Positions 50,215 through 60,875 of a DNA stretch of 64,000 nt are shown piece after piece. Each line of letters begins with the position of its first letter. Position 1 is the first letter of the stretch. The notes beneath the pieces are model-generated. The model was given only the letters and a program-made list of their open reading frames with translations. It was not told where the DNA came from and made no database searches. A program made the translations under genes and the position numbers. The DNA is from Patescibacteria group bacterium. GTDB lineage: Bacteria; Patescibacteriota; Minisyncoccia; Phycocordibacterales; UBA9973. Where the stretch lies: assembly GCA_028868715.1 (NCBI GenBank), contig JAGWUB010000001.1, positions 247,206 to 311,205 on the forward strand. The letters are read 5' to 3'.

Positions 50215-51107
50215 TTTTTATAATCCATTTCTTTACCTCCCTCGGGGATAATTTTTTCTATAATGAATTGGTTATTTTCTAATTTTGCTTTAGTAATTAT
50301 TATTCTTTTTCCATCCTTAAAGAAGTAAGTTCTAGGCCAAGTGGCATAGGCACGAAATTTATTGTAATTTTTAACCGAGTCGTCAGAAAGATCTATTAAC
50401 CCATCTTCTTTTTTTATTTTAGTACAATAAGTTGCTTTTGTTTCATCTTGTCGAGTTGTTTTAATTGTTCCAGCTATAAATTCCGGTAGAGTTTTTACCA
50501 GAAGCTCACCTCCAAGTTTTATCAATCGCTTGCGAAGTTCTGGGGATTTTTCATCTGGCATTATTTCTGTCTTATCTATAGCAATGATTGGCCCGGAATC
50601 CATTTTGAATTCCATTTGTTGAATAGTTACCCCCGTCTCTGTGTCGCCATTTAAAATAGCAGATTCCACCGGTGAAGCTCCGCGATATTTAGGAAGCAAA
50701 GAATAGTGAAGGTTTATAGAGCCTAGCTTTGGTAGCTTCAGTATATTTTCTGGAATTATTTTTCCGTAAGCTACGACTAAGAAGAGCTCGGGGATATTTT
50801 TGCTTACACGCATATCCTGCTGGTGCAGGATTGCTTTTCTCGGCTCGTCAGCCTGCGAAGAGATCGCAAAAATATCCCCGAGCTCTTCTTTGAGTTTCTC
50901 TGGTTGTATGTATGGAATATTATTTTCCATAGCCCAAACCTTGGCTGGTGGGGGAGTAATGACCATTTTACGCCCCTGTGGGCGGTCAGGAGCAGTTACA
51001 ATAAGACTAGGTATATATCCAGCACTCTTTAGTATTTCCAAAGTCTCACTGGCCACATCTGGAGTACCCCAAAATACAAAATTTAACTTTTTACTATTAT
51101 CTTGCAT
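50211..51107 (-). CDS. fmt: Methionyl-tRNA formyltransferase with in-frame palindromic insertion
   Basis: FWGTP, VTAPDRPQGR, VAYGKI, NLHYSLLPKYRGASP, MDSGPI. Confidence 0.95.
   Translation of the reverse strand: MQDNSKKLNFVFWGTPDVASETLEILKSAGYIPSLIVTAPDRPQGRKMVITPPPAKVWAMENNIPYIQPEKLKEELGDIFAISSQADEPRKAILHQQDMRVSKNIPELFLVVAYGKIIPENILKLPKLGSINLHYSLLPKYRGASPVESAILNGDTETGVTIQQMEFKMDSGPIIAIDKTEIMPDEKSPELRKRLIKLGGELLVKTLPEFIAGTIKTTRQDETKATYCTKIKKEDGLIDLSDDSVKNYNKFRAYATWPRTYFFKDGKRIIITKAKLENNQFIIEKIIPEGGKEMDYKN
50779..50890. mobile_element. Palindromic element copy in fmt
   Basis: Perfect 25-bp inverted arms AAGAAGAGCTCGGGGATATTTTTGC (50779-50803, 50866-50890); inner hairpin ATCCTGC-TGGT-GCAGGAT; core shared with def copy. 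Mobility is inferred. Confidence 0.75.
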
Positions 51108-51111
51108 ATTA

Positions 51112-51693
51112 TTACTTAGGAAGTTCTTCTTTCACCTCCTTGGCATGGTCTATAAACAGTATGCCATTTAGGTGGTCGGTTTCGTGTTGGAAAATTTGAG
51201 CGAGCAAACCAGATGCTCCGCGAGTAAATTTTTTACCGTTTTCATCGTAAGCGGTGACAGTGGCTTTTTTTGATCTATTAACTTTTCCATAAAGCCAGCG
51301 GACAGAAAGGCACCCCTCTGGCAACCATTCCTTTTCACGCGAAAGTTTGGAAATTTTTGGATTGATAAACACCATATCTTTCTCCGCAGACTTTCTCAGA
51401 GCGGGGTCGCTATCTGTGCGTGCTCGCACAGCGCTCCCTCTCGGCTCGTCAACCTGCGAGAGACCCCGCCTTGAGAAGTCTGCTCCGAAAATTTTTCCTG
51501 ATACAACAAAAATTCTCAGGCTGTAACCAATCTGTGGAGCAGCTATGGCTACACCATCATGCTGGCTAGAGAGGGCCACAGACATCTCTTTTAATATCTT
51601 TTTTATTTTCGTAGTTTTAATATCTGGCAAAAGTACCTCTTTGGCAACTTTCCGCAAAGTCTTCTCTTTTTGTTGAAGAATTTTTTTTGGCAT
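51112..51693 (-). CDS. def: Peptide deformylase with in-frame palindromic insertion
   Basis: GVAIAAPQIG, EGCLSV, QHETDHLNG. Confidence 0.96.
   Translation of the reverse strand: MPKKILQQKEKTLRKVAKEVLLPDIKTTKIKKILKEMSVALSSQHDGVAIAAPQIGYSLRIFVVSGKIFGADFSRRGLSQVDEPRGSAVRARTDSDPALRKSAEKDMVFINPKISKLSREKEWLPEGCLSVRWLYGKVNRSKKATVTAYDENGKKFTRGASGLLAQIFQHETDHLNGILFIDHAKEVKEELPK
51386..51483. mobile_element. Palindromic element copy in def
   Basis: Arms GCAGACTTTCTCAGAGCGGGGTC / GACCCCGCCTTGAGAAGTCTGC; hairpin CTGTGCG-TGCT-CGCACAG; 20/21 nt core identity to fmt copy. Mobility is inferred. Confidence 0.75.
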
Positions 51694-51700
51694 CCCAGTT

Positions 51701-53017
51701 TTAAAGCTCTTTTAAATAATCCAGAAGCTTATTTAATTTTACAGTATCTTGAGATCGATTGCCCATGTTTCTGACAATTACCGAATTGTCCAAAGCCTCC
51801 TTTACTCCAAAGATTATAGCGTAGGGGATAGCTAGCTTCTCGGCAATTGCGAGCTGGCTACCCAAGCTGTCCTTAGAGAGCGCTTGAGCTATAGGGACGT
51901 GGGCTTTTCTTAGTATTTCTATTATATTTAAACTTTTCAACTTTGCTTCCGAGCCCAACTGGATGAAATAAATTTTTGGTTTCTTTAATATGCGTGGTGA
52001 AAGTTTTTTATACCAAGGTGATGATACGATTCTGTCTACTCCAATAGAAAACCCCACAGCTGGAACATCACGCTTTGCACCAATTTGTCGGGCTAAATAA
52101 TCATAACGTCCGCCACCAGCGAGTGCCAATGGGGCACTACCTTCTTCTACTCCAGTTTCTATGACCTCAAAGACAGTACGGGTGTAGTAAGAAAGTCCAC
52201 GTACTAAATTTTTATTTATATTATATTGGATCTTCATTTCTTCTAAATACTCCAAAACTTCCTTGAAATGTTTCTTGCAAGAAGGGCAAAGAAATGAGAT
52301 AGAGTCCGGGGCTCGCTCATTGATCTCCTTCGTCTTTTCTTCTTTAGAGTCTAGGATGCGCAGGGGATTTATTTTTAAACGCTCTCTATCTATGGCCGGC
52401 AAGCTGCTTAAATTTTTTTTATAGAAGCTTGTAAGTTCTTTTATATAGGCACCTCTGCATTCTTTGTCACCAATGGAATTTATATCAATTGACAAGTTAG
52501 ATGCCCCAGCTTCTTCTAAGATACTCATACAAGTCTTTATGACTATCGCATCCATGATACTTTTTTCACTCCCAAGCGCGTCCACATCAAATTGCCAAAA
52601 TTGCCTATATCGTCCGCGTTGAGGTTTGTCATGTCTAAAAACTGGACCATAGTGGTAAAGCATCACTGGCTGAGGCATGCTCTGCATTCCGTGTTCGATA
52701 TAAGCGCGCATAACCGGCGCGGTGTGTTCTGGTAAAAGAGCCAAATGATCTCCACTCTTGGTTTTAAGAGTGTACATTTCCTTGTCTATAATGTCTGTGC
52801 CTTCACCAATACTAGATGTAAAAATTTCTTCATCTTCAATTATGTGGGTGGAGATTGGCTTGAAACCGTAATATACTGCCACCTCTTGAGCCTTTTCAAA
52901 AAACCCCTGAAAAGAATAATACTCTTCGTTCATTAAATCTCGCATCCCCTTAGGTGAAGTTATTTCCTTATTTTTATTTTTAACTTTCTTAACTTCGAGG
53001 TGTTTTATTTTTTTCAT
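51701..53017 (-). CDS. hisS: Histidyl-tRNA synthetase
   Basis: PKGMRD, KEMY, FRHDKPQRGRYRQFWQ, LVRGLSYYT, GGGRYD. Confidence 0.97.
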   Translation of the reverse strand: MKKIKHLEVKKVKNKNKEITSPKGMRDLMNEEYYSFQGFFEKAQEVAVYYGFKPISTHIIEDEEIFTSSIGEGTDIIDKEMYTLKTKSGDHLALLPEHTAPVMRAYIEHGMQSMPQPVMLYHYGPVFRHDKPQRGRYRQFWQFDVDALGSEKSIMDAIVIKTCMSILEEAGASNLSIDINSIGDKECRGAYIKELTSFYKKNLSSLPAIDRERLKINPLRILDSKEEKTKEINERAPDSISFLCPSCKKHFKEVLEYLEEMKIQYNINKNLVRGLSYYTRTVFEVIETGVEEGSAPLALAGGGRYDYLARQIGAKRDVPAVGFSIGVDRIVSSPWYKKLSPRILKKPKIYFIQLGSEAKLKSLNIIEILRKAHVPIAQALSKDSLGSQLAIAEKLAIPYAIIFGVKEALDNSVIVRNMGNRSQDTVKLNKLLDYLKEL

Positions 53018-53022
53018 ATCTT

Positions 53023-53583
53023 TTATTCTGTTGGTTTATATTGACCTGGCATTACACTAATGTCAGTTAGTGGCAATAAACGCAAGAAGGCTTTTCCAAT
53101 TAAAAGATTACTTTTTACCGCACCCCAAAATCTAGAGTCGGAGCTGGCATTTCTGTTGTCACCCATCACAAAGTACTCATCACTCTTTAATACAAAGTGC
53201 GTATTATTATCTGATGGATCTTTTACGAAAGGCTCGTTAAGCTGGAAACCGTCTTTATGTTGGGCGTTGGTTATAGTTATGACACTACCCTTTATGTCTA
53301 CAGTTTCATTTGGTAGGCCAATTATTCTTTTAATAAAAAATTTAGTTTGATCATTAGGATATCTGAACACAACTACATCATCTCGTTTTGGACTTCCAAG
53401 TTCGTATGAAACCTTATCTACGATAAGATAGTCTCCATTCTTGAAAGTAGGGAACATAGAACTGCCTGATACTACGAATGGCTCTATGACATAGACGCGT
53501 ATCGGAATTACTATAATTAATGCAATGATTATAAAACGTACTAGCTCCCAAAACGACTGCTTTAGTGTTTTTTGTTGTTCCAT
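53023..53583 (-). CDS. lepB: Signal peptidase I
   Basis: VSGSSMFPT, FIKRIIGLP, YFVMGDNRNASSDSR. Confidence 0.95.
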   Translation of the reverse strand: MEQQKTLKQSFWELVRFIIIALIIVIPIRVYVIEPFVVSGSSMFPTFKNGDYLIVDKVSYELGSPKRDDVVVFRYPNDQTKFFIKRIIGLPNETVDIKGSVITITNAQHKDGFQLNEPFVKDPSDNNTHFVLKSDEYFVMGDNRNASSDSRFWGAVKSNLLIGKAFLRLLPLTDISVMPGQYKPTE

Positions 53584-53683
53584 CGCTATAATATATCATA
53601 CTCTAATATTGACAAAGTATCATGTCTTATTGGCTAATGATAAATTACAAATTAAGAATTACGAATTTTGTTATTATATAACA

Positions 53684-54211
53684 ATGAAAATCGTTGCTGG
53701 TTTAGGAAACCCAGGAAAAGAATATGAAAATACGAGGCACAATACCGGAAGGATTATGGTTTCGTTGGTGGAGAAAAAAATCACTAACTCTAAAATAAAA
53801 TTTATCACTCCGGATACTTTTATGAATAATTCCGGCAAGGCGATAGCACCTCTCGTAAAAACAAAAAAAGACTTAAATGACCTTGTGGTAATTTATGATG
53901 ACATAGATTTACCTCTTGGAAAAATAAAAATATCTTTCAATAAAAGCTCTGGTGGGCATAATGGCCTAGAGTCAATCATCAAGAAATTAAAATCTAGAGA
54001 ATTTGTGCGCATCAGGGTAGGCATAGCTCCAGTGACTCCATCGGGCAAATTACGTAAACCAACTGGTGAAAAAGCTGTGTTAAATTTTTTACTCGGTGAA
54101 TTTAAAAAGTCCGAACTTGAACAAATCAAAAAACTTTCCAAAAAGGTTACTGAAGCGGTGGAAATGATTTTTTCCGAAGGCCGAGAAAAAGCAATGAGTA
54201 TTTATAATTAA
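53684..54211 (+). CDS. pth: Peptidyl-tRNA hydrolase (start ATG 53684)
   Basis: GLGNPG..YENTRHN, TFMNNSG, SSGGHNGL, RIRVGI. Confidence 0.95.
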   Translation: MKIVAGLGNPGKEYENTRHNTGRIMVSLVEKKITNSKIKFITPDTFMNNSGKAIAPLVKTKKDLNDLVVIYDDIDLPLGKIKISFNKSSGGHNGLESIIKKLKSREFVRIRVGIAPVTPSGKLRKPTGEKAVLNFLLGEFKKSELEQIKKLSKKVTEAVEMIFSEGREKAMSIYN

Positions 54212-54480
54212 TCTTCGTTTTCTTTTCTTGTAATTTTTTTTATAGCATTTATAAATTCCTGCTCTTCCTTATTTACTTGTCTTTTATTTTGTTTTATAAG
54301 TTTTTGGATTTGAACGCAAAAATCCTTAGCTTCTGCTATTTTGTTTAAGTTATAAGCTGACCAACCACCCTTAAGATATAGTCTCAATACATCTTCAGTT
54401 GCTACACTTTCTGTAGTAATGTTGTTTTCTTTTGTAAAATTTCGTATTACTTCTTTTGAATTTCTTGGTTTTTCTATCAT
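54208..54480 (-). CDS. Hypothetical protein
   Basis: 90-aa ORF filling the gap downstream of dnaE. Confidence 0.5.
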   Translation of the reverse strand: MIEKPRNSKEVIRNFTKENNITTESVATEDVLRLYLKGGWSAYNLNKIAEAKDFCVQIQKLIKQNKRQVNKEEQEFINAIKKITRKENED

Positions 54481-54509
54481 GGTTCAATAAATTTATATTG
54501 ATAATTGAT

Positions 54510-57500
54510 CTAAATTTCCTTGACTGCTTCTATTATAATGCTTTTTTCACCGTTACGGTTGGATATTTTTCCAGATAGAGCAACACACTTTTCAGAGACC
54601 AGTATATCAATTGTATCTTTAAAGATTGAAGGGAAGGCGACAGCTTCTATAGAATCGGTCAAATCTGAAATTTTTATAAAGGCCATTCGTTCATTGTTTT
54701 TGGTCACGACTTGTCTAGCATTTTCGATTATGCCAGCGATGGTTACAACCATGCCATTGCCAAATTCCTCTTTTATTTTTTTGATATTCACCTTTCTACT
54801 TTCCAGTTTGTCGCGCAGACGATCAAGCGGATGTCCAGAGATATAAAGTCCGAGTAGTTCTTTTTCCCAAAGCAGTTTTTCGGCCTGTGTTGCTTTTTCT
54901 CCTGGTTTGAGCCTAAAAGATGGTGGCTCAATACCTGTTTTCTTTTTTAAATCTCCAAAAAGAGAAATTTGATTTTCGTTTTGCTTAGAATTTTCATGAT
55001 TATATTCGAGCATCCCTTCCAAGTTTGCAAGCATTACTCCACGATCACCCCAATCATCCATACTTCCTGATTTTATCAAGGCTTCCATTGATTTTTTATT
55101 TAAATTTTTATGTTTAATTCTGTCCAAGAAGTCGGTGATTGATTTAAACTTACCATTTAATTTTCGTTCACTGACTATAGCATCTGAAATATCAGTACCT
55201 AAATTTTTTATAGTGTAAAACCCAAATCTAATTTTCTGACTTTTATTTTTCTCACTAATGATAGTATCAACTTTACTAGGTAAACAAGTGAAGCCTCCAT
55301 AGCTTTCATTGATATGTGGAGGCAAAACGGGGATGTTCATATTTTTACATTCTTCAATTATTTCAGATATTTTTTCTACATCGCCAGACTCAGCAGTAAG
55401 TATTGCCGCCATGTATTCAATCGGATAATTTGCTTTCATGTATGCTGTCTGGTAGGCAACCTTGCCATAAGATGCGGCATGAGCTTTATTAAATCCATAA
55501 GCTTGGAATGGTTCAAAAAGTTTCCAAAGTTTTTCGGCGAAAGCGGGTGTTTGACCGTTACTTATGATCCCTGCGGTAAATTTCTCTCTTTGCGCTGCCA
55601 TTTCTTTTGGAATTTTTTTACCGACGGCCTTACGAAATTTATCGGCTTCCTCCCAGTTATAACCCGCTAGCTCAATCGCACAAAAAAGAAGGTCGTCTTG
55701 ATAAACAATCAGCCCGTATGATTCGCCTAGGAATTTTTTCATCCTTGGGTCTAGATATTTTACTAAGTTTGGATTGTGTTTACGTTTAATATATTCTGGG
55801 ATTGATTCCATTGGTCCTGGGCGATAAAGCGCCACCATGGCATTGATATCATGAATTGAAGTAGGCTTTAATTCCTTTAAGTATCTTGTCATTCCACTAC
55901 CATTTAATTGAAACAAGCCCTCAGTCTGACCCTTTGCTAAAAGTGAAAACGTTTTTGGATCGTTTAATGGAATACGCTCTATATTTATATCTATGTTGTA
56001 GAATTTTTTAACTAAACTTATGGCGTCTGCCAAGATTGCCAAATTTCTGATTCCCAAGAAATCAAATTTTAAAAGCCCAGCATCTTCGATGCTGTACATA
56101 TCGTATTGAGTTATAATTTTTCCTCCCTTCGGATCAAACTGCGTTGGAGTGTAGTCAGAAATTTTTGAAGGGGATATGACAACCCCAGCCGCGTGGACTG
56201 AAATATGCCTGACACAACCCTCTAATTTTTTTGCCAAGTCTAATATTTCTTTGGTGTCTTTTTCTTTTTGATAAGCTTCCTTTAGCTCTGGTACTATATC
56301 CATGGCATAATCAATAGTCATCGGCATACCTTGCGAGCCTACAGGAATCATCTTAGAAATTCGGTCACCGATATTATACGGATGACCCAAGGCTCGAGAT
56401 ACATCACGCACGGCGCCACGCGCCATCATCGTACCAAAAGTTCCTATTTGCGCCACCTTATCCTCACCATATTTTCTTTTTGCATATTCAATCATTTCAT
56501 CCCTTCGGTTGTCGGCAAAGTCCATATCTATATCTGGTGGTGAAGGACGAAAAGGATTTAAAAATCTTTCAAAAGGTAGTTTGTATTCTATGGGGTCTAC
56601 ATTTGTAATTCCTATAAGGTAAGTAACCATAGAACCAGCAACGGAGCCTCTGATAGTGGTCAAAATGCCATTTTCTTTTGCGTGTCGTAGCAAGTCTCCG
56701 ACTACTAAAAAGTATGGTGAGTATCCTTTTTCAAAAATAATCTTCAGCTCATATTCTACCCGCTCTTTTATTTCTGCTGTTTCTTTTATATCTAGAGTTT
56801 TAAAACCAGCATAGGCAAGTTCACGTAACTTTTCGTCGTAAGTTTTACCTTTTTCAATTTCAAAATTAGGGAAAACCCATTTTCCTAATTCTAATTCTAA
56901 ATTGCACATATCTGCCACTTTGAGAGTGTTGGCTACAGCTTCCGGAATATCTTTAAAAAGTTCTGTGGCTACATCGCCACTGACAAAGGAATGGTCGTCC
57001 TCGCCAAAAGTAAATCTGTTTTCGTCTTTAATATCAGAATTTGTTTGAATTAAGAGCAGAGTTTCATGCGCCTTGTTGTCATCGGTGCACGGATAGTGCG
57101 AGTCCATAGTGGCGACCAACGGGACATTTAATTTTTTAGCGAGTTTGATTGTACCAGAGCGTACCGCTTCTCCATCAGGGAGTGTGCCATGTTTTTGCAC
57201 CTCCAGAAAATAATTTTCCTTACCAAAAATTTCTTGATATTCTTTGATTACTAATTCTCCTTTTTCTTCGTCATGGTTTGCCAGTGCCCGACCAAGTTCT
57301 CCACCCATACATCCGGACAAGGCAATCAGACCATCAGAATATTTTCGTAATATTTCTTTATCCATCCTAGGTTTGTAGTAGAAACCTTCCAGATTTGAAA
57401 GAGTAACTAATTTTATTAAATTTTTATAACCCTGAATATTTTTTGCGAGCAAGGTTAAATGGTATCTTTTATTATCAACCCCAGGATCTTTATCTAGCCT

Positions 57501-57734
57501 ACTACGATTGGCCACATATGCTTCTACTCCAATGATTGGCTTGATGCCCGCTTTTTTTGCCAGTTTATAAAATTCAATTGCACCATACATGTTGCCATGA
57601 TCAGTGATAGCTAAAGCCGGCATGTTGAATTCTTTTGCAAGTTTGATTAAGTCCTCAAGCTTAGAAAGCCCATCCAAGAGGGAATAATGGCTGTGGGTGT
57701 GTAGATGTATGAAACTCGCTTTATCTTTAGGCAT
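54510..57734 (-). CDS. dnaE: DNA polymerase III alpha subunit (start probably ATG 57734)
   Basis: [16 protein letters not shown] domain, [24 protein letters not shown]. Confidence 0.97.
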   Translation of the reverse strand: MPKDKASFIHLHTHSHYSLLDGLSKLEDLIKLAKEFNMPALAITDHGNMYGAIEFYKLAKKAGIKPIIGVEAYVANRSRLDKDPGVDNKRYHLTLLAKNIQGYKNLIKLVTLSNLEGFYYKPRMDKEILRKYSDGLIALSGCMGGELGRALANHDEEKGELVIKEYQEIFGKENYFLEVQKHGTLPDGEAVRSGTIKLAKKLNVPLVATMDSHYPCTDDNKAHETLLLIQTNSDIKDENRFTFGEDDHSFVSGDVATELFKDIPEAVANTLKVADMCNLELELGKWVFPNFEIEKGKTYDEKLRELAYAGFKTLDIKETAEIKERVEYELKIIFEKGYSPYFLVVGDLLRHAKENGILTTIRGSVAGSMVTYLIGITNVDPIEYKLPFERFLNPFRPSPPDIDMDFADNRRDEMIEYAKRKYGEDKVAQIGTFGTMMARGAVRDVSRALGHPYNIGDRISKMIPVGSQGMPMTIDYAMDIVPELKEAYQKEKDTKEILDLAKKLEGCVRHISVHAAGVVISPSKISDYTPTQFDPKGGKIITQYDMYSIEDAGLLKFDFLGIRNLAILADAISLVKKFYNIDINIERIPLNDPKTFSLLAKGQTEGLFQLNGSGMTRYLKELKPTSIHDINAMVALYRPGPMESIPEYIKRKHNPNLVKYLDPRMKKFLGESYGLIVYQDDLLFCAIELAGYNWEEADKFRKAVGKKIPKEMAAQREKFTAGIISNGQTPAFAEKLWKLFEPFQAYGFNKAHAASYGKVAYQTAYMKANYPIEYMAAILTAESGDVEKISEIIEECKNMNIPVLPPHINESYGGFTCLPSKVDTIISEKNKSQKIRFGFYTIKNLGTDISDAIVSERKLNGKFKSITDFLDRIKHKNLNKKSMEALIKSGSMDDWGDRGVMLANLEGMLEYNHENSKQNENQISLFGDLKKKTGIEPPSFRLKPGEKATQAEKLLWEKELLGLYISGHPLDRLRDKLESRKVNIKKIKEEFGNGMVVTIAGIIENARQVVTKNNERMAFIKISDLTDSIEAVAFPSIFKDTIDILVSEKCVALSGKISNRNGEKSIIIEAVKEI

Positions 57735-57795
57735 TTTCACTATAATAGCACATTTTTTCTTTGTTGTTTTTATTCGTTTTTGGTATAATTGTAAG

Positions 57796-58821
57796 ATGAA
57801 AAAAACAAGAGTTGGGATCAATGGTTTTGGCAGAATCGGTAGAGCATTTTTAAAGATAGCTTGGGAAAGGCCTGAAATTGAAATCGTAGCCGTAAATGAT
57901 TTGGGTGATGTGGTAAATATGGCTTACTTGCTTAAACACGATACTGTTTACCGAGAATGGAAACACGATATTAAAGTTGATGGACAAAATTTAATAATTG
58001 ATGGCAGGGCCGTAAAAGTTTTAGCTGAAAAAGATCCAGCTAAGCTTCCATGGAAAGATTTAAATATTGACGTTGTGGTGGAATCCACCGGACTCTTTGT
58101 AACCTATGAAAAATCCAAGGCACACTTAGACGCTGGTGCCAAAAAAGTTGTCATATCTGCTCCCGCTAAAGAAGGAGACGGAAGTGTAATGGGAGAAACT
58201 ATTTTACTGGGAGTGAATGAAGAAAAATTTGGCACTTGCGACATTACTTCAAACGCATCTTGTACCACGAACGCTGCTTCTCCACTCATTGCGATACTGG
58301 ATGAAGCGCTAGGTATTGAAAAAGCACTTTTAAATACGGTGCATGGCTATACCGCTAGTCAGTCGATCGTTGATGGACCAAACAAAAAAGATTTTCGGGA
58401 AGGTCGGGCGGCAGCACAAAATATTGTGCCAAGCTCTACCGGTGCGGCCATAGCAGTGACAAAAGCTTTTACAAAACTTTCCGGAATGTTTGATGGTATT
58501 TCCATGCGTGTACCAGTACCAGCCGGATCAATTGTAGACATTACTTTTATTTCTAAGAAAAACACTACCGCTGAAGAGGTGAACGCGATTTTAAAGAAAG
58601 CTGCTCAAGAACCTCGTTGGAAGGGAATTTTCACTGTCACCGAAGAAGAGCTTGTCTCTAGTGATATTTTGGGAAATCCACATGGTTCCATTGCTGACCT
58701 AGGATTTACTCGGGTAGTGGATGGAAACTTGGTAAAAGTTATGGGTTGGTATGACAATGAAATGGGGTATACATATACCCTAGTTGATCACGTTATAAAA
58801 ACAAGTAATACTATAAAATAA
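57796..58821 (+). CDS. gap: Glyceraldehyde-3-phosphate dehydrogenase (start ATG 57796)
   Basis: [23 protein letters not shown]. Confidence 0.97.
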   Translation: MKKTRVGINGFGRIGRAFLKIAWERPEIEIVAVNDLGDVVNMAYLLKHDTVYREWKHDIKVDGQNLIIDGRAVKVLAEKDPAKLPWKDLNIDVVVESTGLFVTYEKSKAHLDAGAKKVVISAPAKEGDGSVMGETILLGVNEEKFGTCDITSNASCTTNAASPLIAILDEALGIEKALLNTVHGYTASQSIVDGPNKKDFREGRAAAQNIVPSSTGAAIAVTKAFTKLSGMFDGISMRVPVPAGSIVDITFISKKNTTAEEVNAILKKAAQEPRWKGIFTVTEEELVSSDILGNPHGSIADLGFTRVVDGNLVKVMGWYDNEMGYTYTLVDHVIKTSNTIK

Positions 58822-58822
58822 T

Positions 58823-59299
58823 ATGAAAATTTATATTGGTACAGATCATGCAGGGTATGTATTAAAAGAAAAAATTTTGACTTCCTTGAGAGCTCAAGGT
58901 TATGAGGTTATAGATAAAGGTGCCTTTGAATACAACGAAGGAGATGATTACCCAGATTTTGTGGTGCCAGTGGCAAAAGAAGTTTCTATCGATCCGGACA
59001 ATGTTAAGGGAATTATCTTGGGCGCTACCGGTGAAGGTGAAGCTATCACGGCTAACAGGTTTCCTCACGTTCGGGCGGTGGCCTATTATGGAGAATCAAA
59101 ATGTGTGGTGGATGATCACGCTGATATTATCATACGTTCCAGAGAGCACAACAATACAAATGTTTTATCACTAGGAGCTAGATACCTCACTGAAGAAAAT
59201 GTGATGGATGTAGTAAATCTTTGGCTCAATACTCCTTTTAGTAATGGTGAAAGACATATACGTCGTTTAGGTAAGATAGATCAAATTGTTTTGAAATAA
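58823..59299 (+). CDS. rpiB: Ribose-5-phosphate isomerase B
   Basis: GTDHAG, DDYPD, REHNNTNVLSLGAR, RHIRR. Confidence 0.92.
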   Translation: MKIYIGTDHAGYVLKEKILTSLRAQGYEVIDKGAFEYNEGDDYPDFVVPVAKEVSIDPDNVKGIILGATGEGEAITANRFPHVRAVAYYGESKCVVDDHADIIIRSREHNNTNVLSLGARYLTEENVMDVVNLWLNTPFSNGERHIRRLGKIDQIVLK

Positions 59300-59304
59300 A
59301 ATTC

Positions 59305-59997
59305 ATGGCTGAAATAATTCCGGCAATATTGTCAAAAAATTATGAAGATTTAAAAAATAAAATCTCACTAGTAAGAGGTATCGTTCCGATTGTGCAAATA
59401 GATATCTGCGACGGAATTTTTGTAAAAGCAACTACTTGGCCTTTTGAAACCAAATCACTAGACGAACATTTTACTAGAATTCAAAACGAACAAGAAGGGT
59501 TACCTTTTTGGGAAGATATTGATTTTGAGCTTGATTTGATGGTTCATGACGCAGTTTCCAATTTTGATGTTTACACCAAGCTTGGCCCAAGAAGAATAAT
59601 TTTTCATATCGAGGCTGTTGGCAATTTAGAAGAATTCAAACATTTTCTAGAAGGAATAGAGACTTACACTAGGGACATAATAGAAATCGGCGTGGCCATT
59701 AATCCCAGCACAGACATTGCACAAATTTTTCCACTAGTGAATTGTATTGATTTTGTGCAATGTATGGGCATTGAACATATCGGTTTACAAGGTGAAGGTT
59801 TCAGTGAGCAATGCTTGGAACAAATAAAAAAACTAAAAGAGAAATCTTCAGACCTAGTAGTTTCAGTTGACGGGGGAGTAAATTCAGCCTCGGCGCCAAA
59901 AATAATTGATGCTGGAGCTGATCGTCTGGTAATTGGCTCAGCAATTTTCAATACAGATGATATACTAGAAACAGTGGAGCAATTCAAGAATCTATAA
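59305..59997 (+). CDS. rpe: Ribulose-phosphate 3-epimerase
   Basis: IIPAIL, IDICDG.FV, GVAINPST, VDGGV, LVIGSAIF. Confidence 0.9.
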   Translation: MAEIIPAILSKNYEDLKNKISLVRGIVPIVQIDICDGIFVKATTWPFETKSLDEHFTRIQNEQEGLPFWEDIDFELDLMVHDAVSNFDVYTKLGPRRIIFHIEAVGNLEEFKHFLEGIETYTRDIIEIGVAINPSTDIAQIFPLVNCIDFVQCMGIEHIGLQGEGFSEQCLEQIKKLKEKSSDLVVSVDGGVNSASAPKIIDAGADRLVIGSAIFNTDDILETVEQFKNL

Positions 59998-60002
59998 TTT
60001 TT

Positions 60003-60869
60003 ATGGCGTTTTTATCTGACAAAAAAATAAAAGAGTTGGAAATTACAGCGAACGATATTCGTAAGAGTATTATTGAAATGTTAGTGGAAGCGGGCAGTGG
60101 GCATACCGCTGGCCCACTTGGCATGGCAGATATTTTTACACTTTTTTATTTTCATATTTTAAAACATGATCCCAAGAATCCATTCTGGGAAGAACGCGAT
60201 AGGTTGGTGCTTAGCAACGGGCACATTTGTCCGGTATTTTACGCGACAATGGCCTACGCCGGATATTTTCCAAAGGAAGAATTAAAAACTTTACGTAAAT
60301 TAGGCACTCGACTCCAAGGTCACCCCCACAGAGAATATATGCCTTGGCTAGAAAATAGTTCTGGACCTCTCGGCGCTGGACTTTCACAGGCTGTCGGCAT
60401 GGCACTCGCTGATAAAATAGACAAAAAAGACAAAGACAGATTTATTTATTGTTTTATGTCTGATGGCGAGCTAGATGAAGGAAATTCTTGGGAGGCCATT
60501 ATGCTTGCTGGGAAAAATAAAGTGCGAAATTTAATCGCAGTTGTTGACCGAAACAACATTCAGATTGATGGTTTTACTGAAGATATAATACCACTTGAAC
60601 CACTGGCTGATAAATGGCGAGCTTTCAATTGGCACGTGATAGAAGTTTCGGGTCATGATTTTATGGCCTTAAACGAAGCAGTAGTAGAAGCACAAGCGGT
60701 GTATGAAAAGCCGACGGTTATTATCGCCCACACTATTCCTGGTAAAGGCGTGCACGAATTTGAGAGAGACTTTAGATGGCATGGTAAACCACCAAACAAA
60801 GAAGAAGCTAAAATGGCTTTGAATGAATTGCGGACTCTTGGCGGTAAGATAAAAAGCGAACATCAATAA
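60003..60869 (+). CDS. Transketolase, N-terminal subunit
   Basis: SGHTAG, DRLVLSNGH, LQGHP, SDGELDEG...NN TPP motif. Confidence 0.93.
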   Translation: MAFLSDKKIKELEITANDIRKSIIEMLVEAGSGHTAGPLGMADIFTLFYFHILKHDPKNPFWEERDRLVLSNGHICPVFYATMAYAGYFPKEELKTLRKLGTRLQGHPHREYMPWLENSSGPLGAGLSQAVGMALADKIDKKDKDRFIYCFMSDGELDEGNSWEAIMLAGKNKVRNLIAVVDRNNIQIDGFTEDIIPLEPLADKWRAFNWHVIEVSGHDFMALNEAVVEAQAVYEKPTVIIAHTIPGKGVHEFERDFRWHGKPPNKEEAKMALNELRTLGGKIKSEHQ

Positions 60870-60875
60870 AAATAT

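Noticed and set aside
50835-50852. Hammerhead-ribozyme-like CUGACGA...GAAA on the fmt mRNA inside the element
   Set aside because: No proper stem II between the motifs, and the def and intergenic copies lack CUGANGA/GAAA
50779-51483. Classical IS/MITE, intein or group I/II intron explanation for the fmt/def inserts
   Set aside because: No shared TIRs, direct target duplications or transposase; too short, and lacking intein (C...HN) or group I/II intron hallmarks
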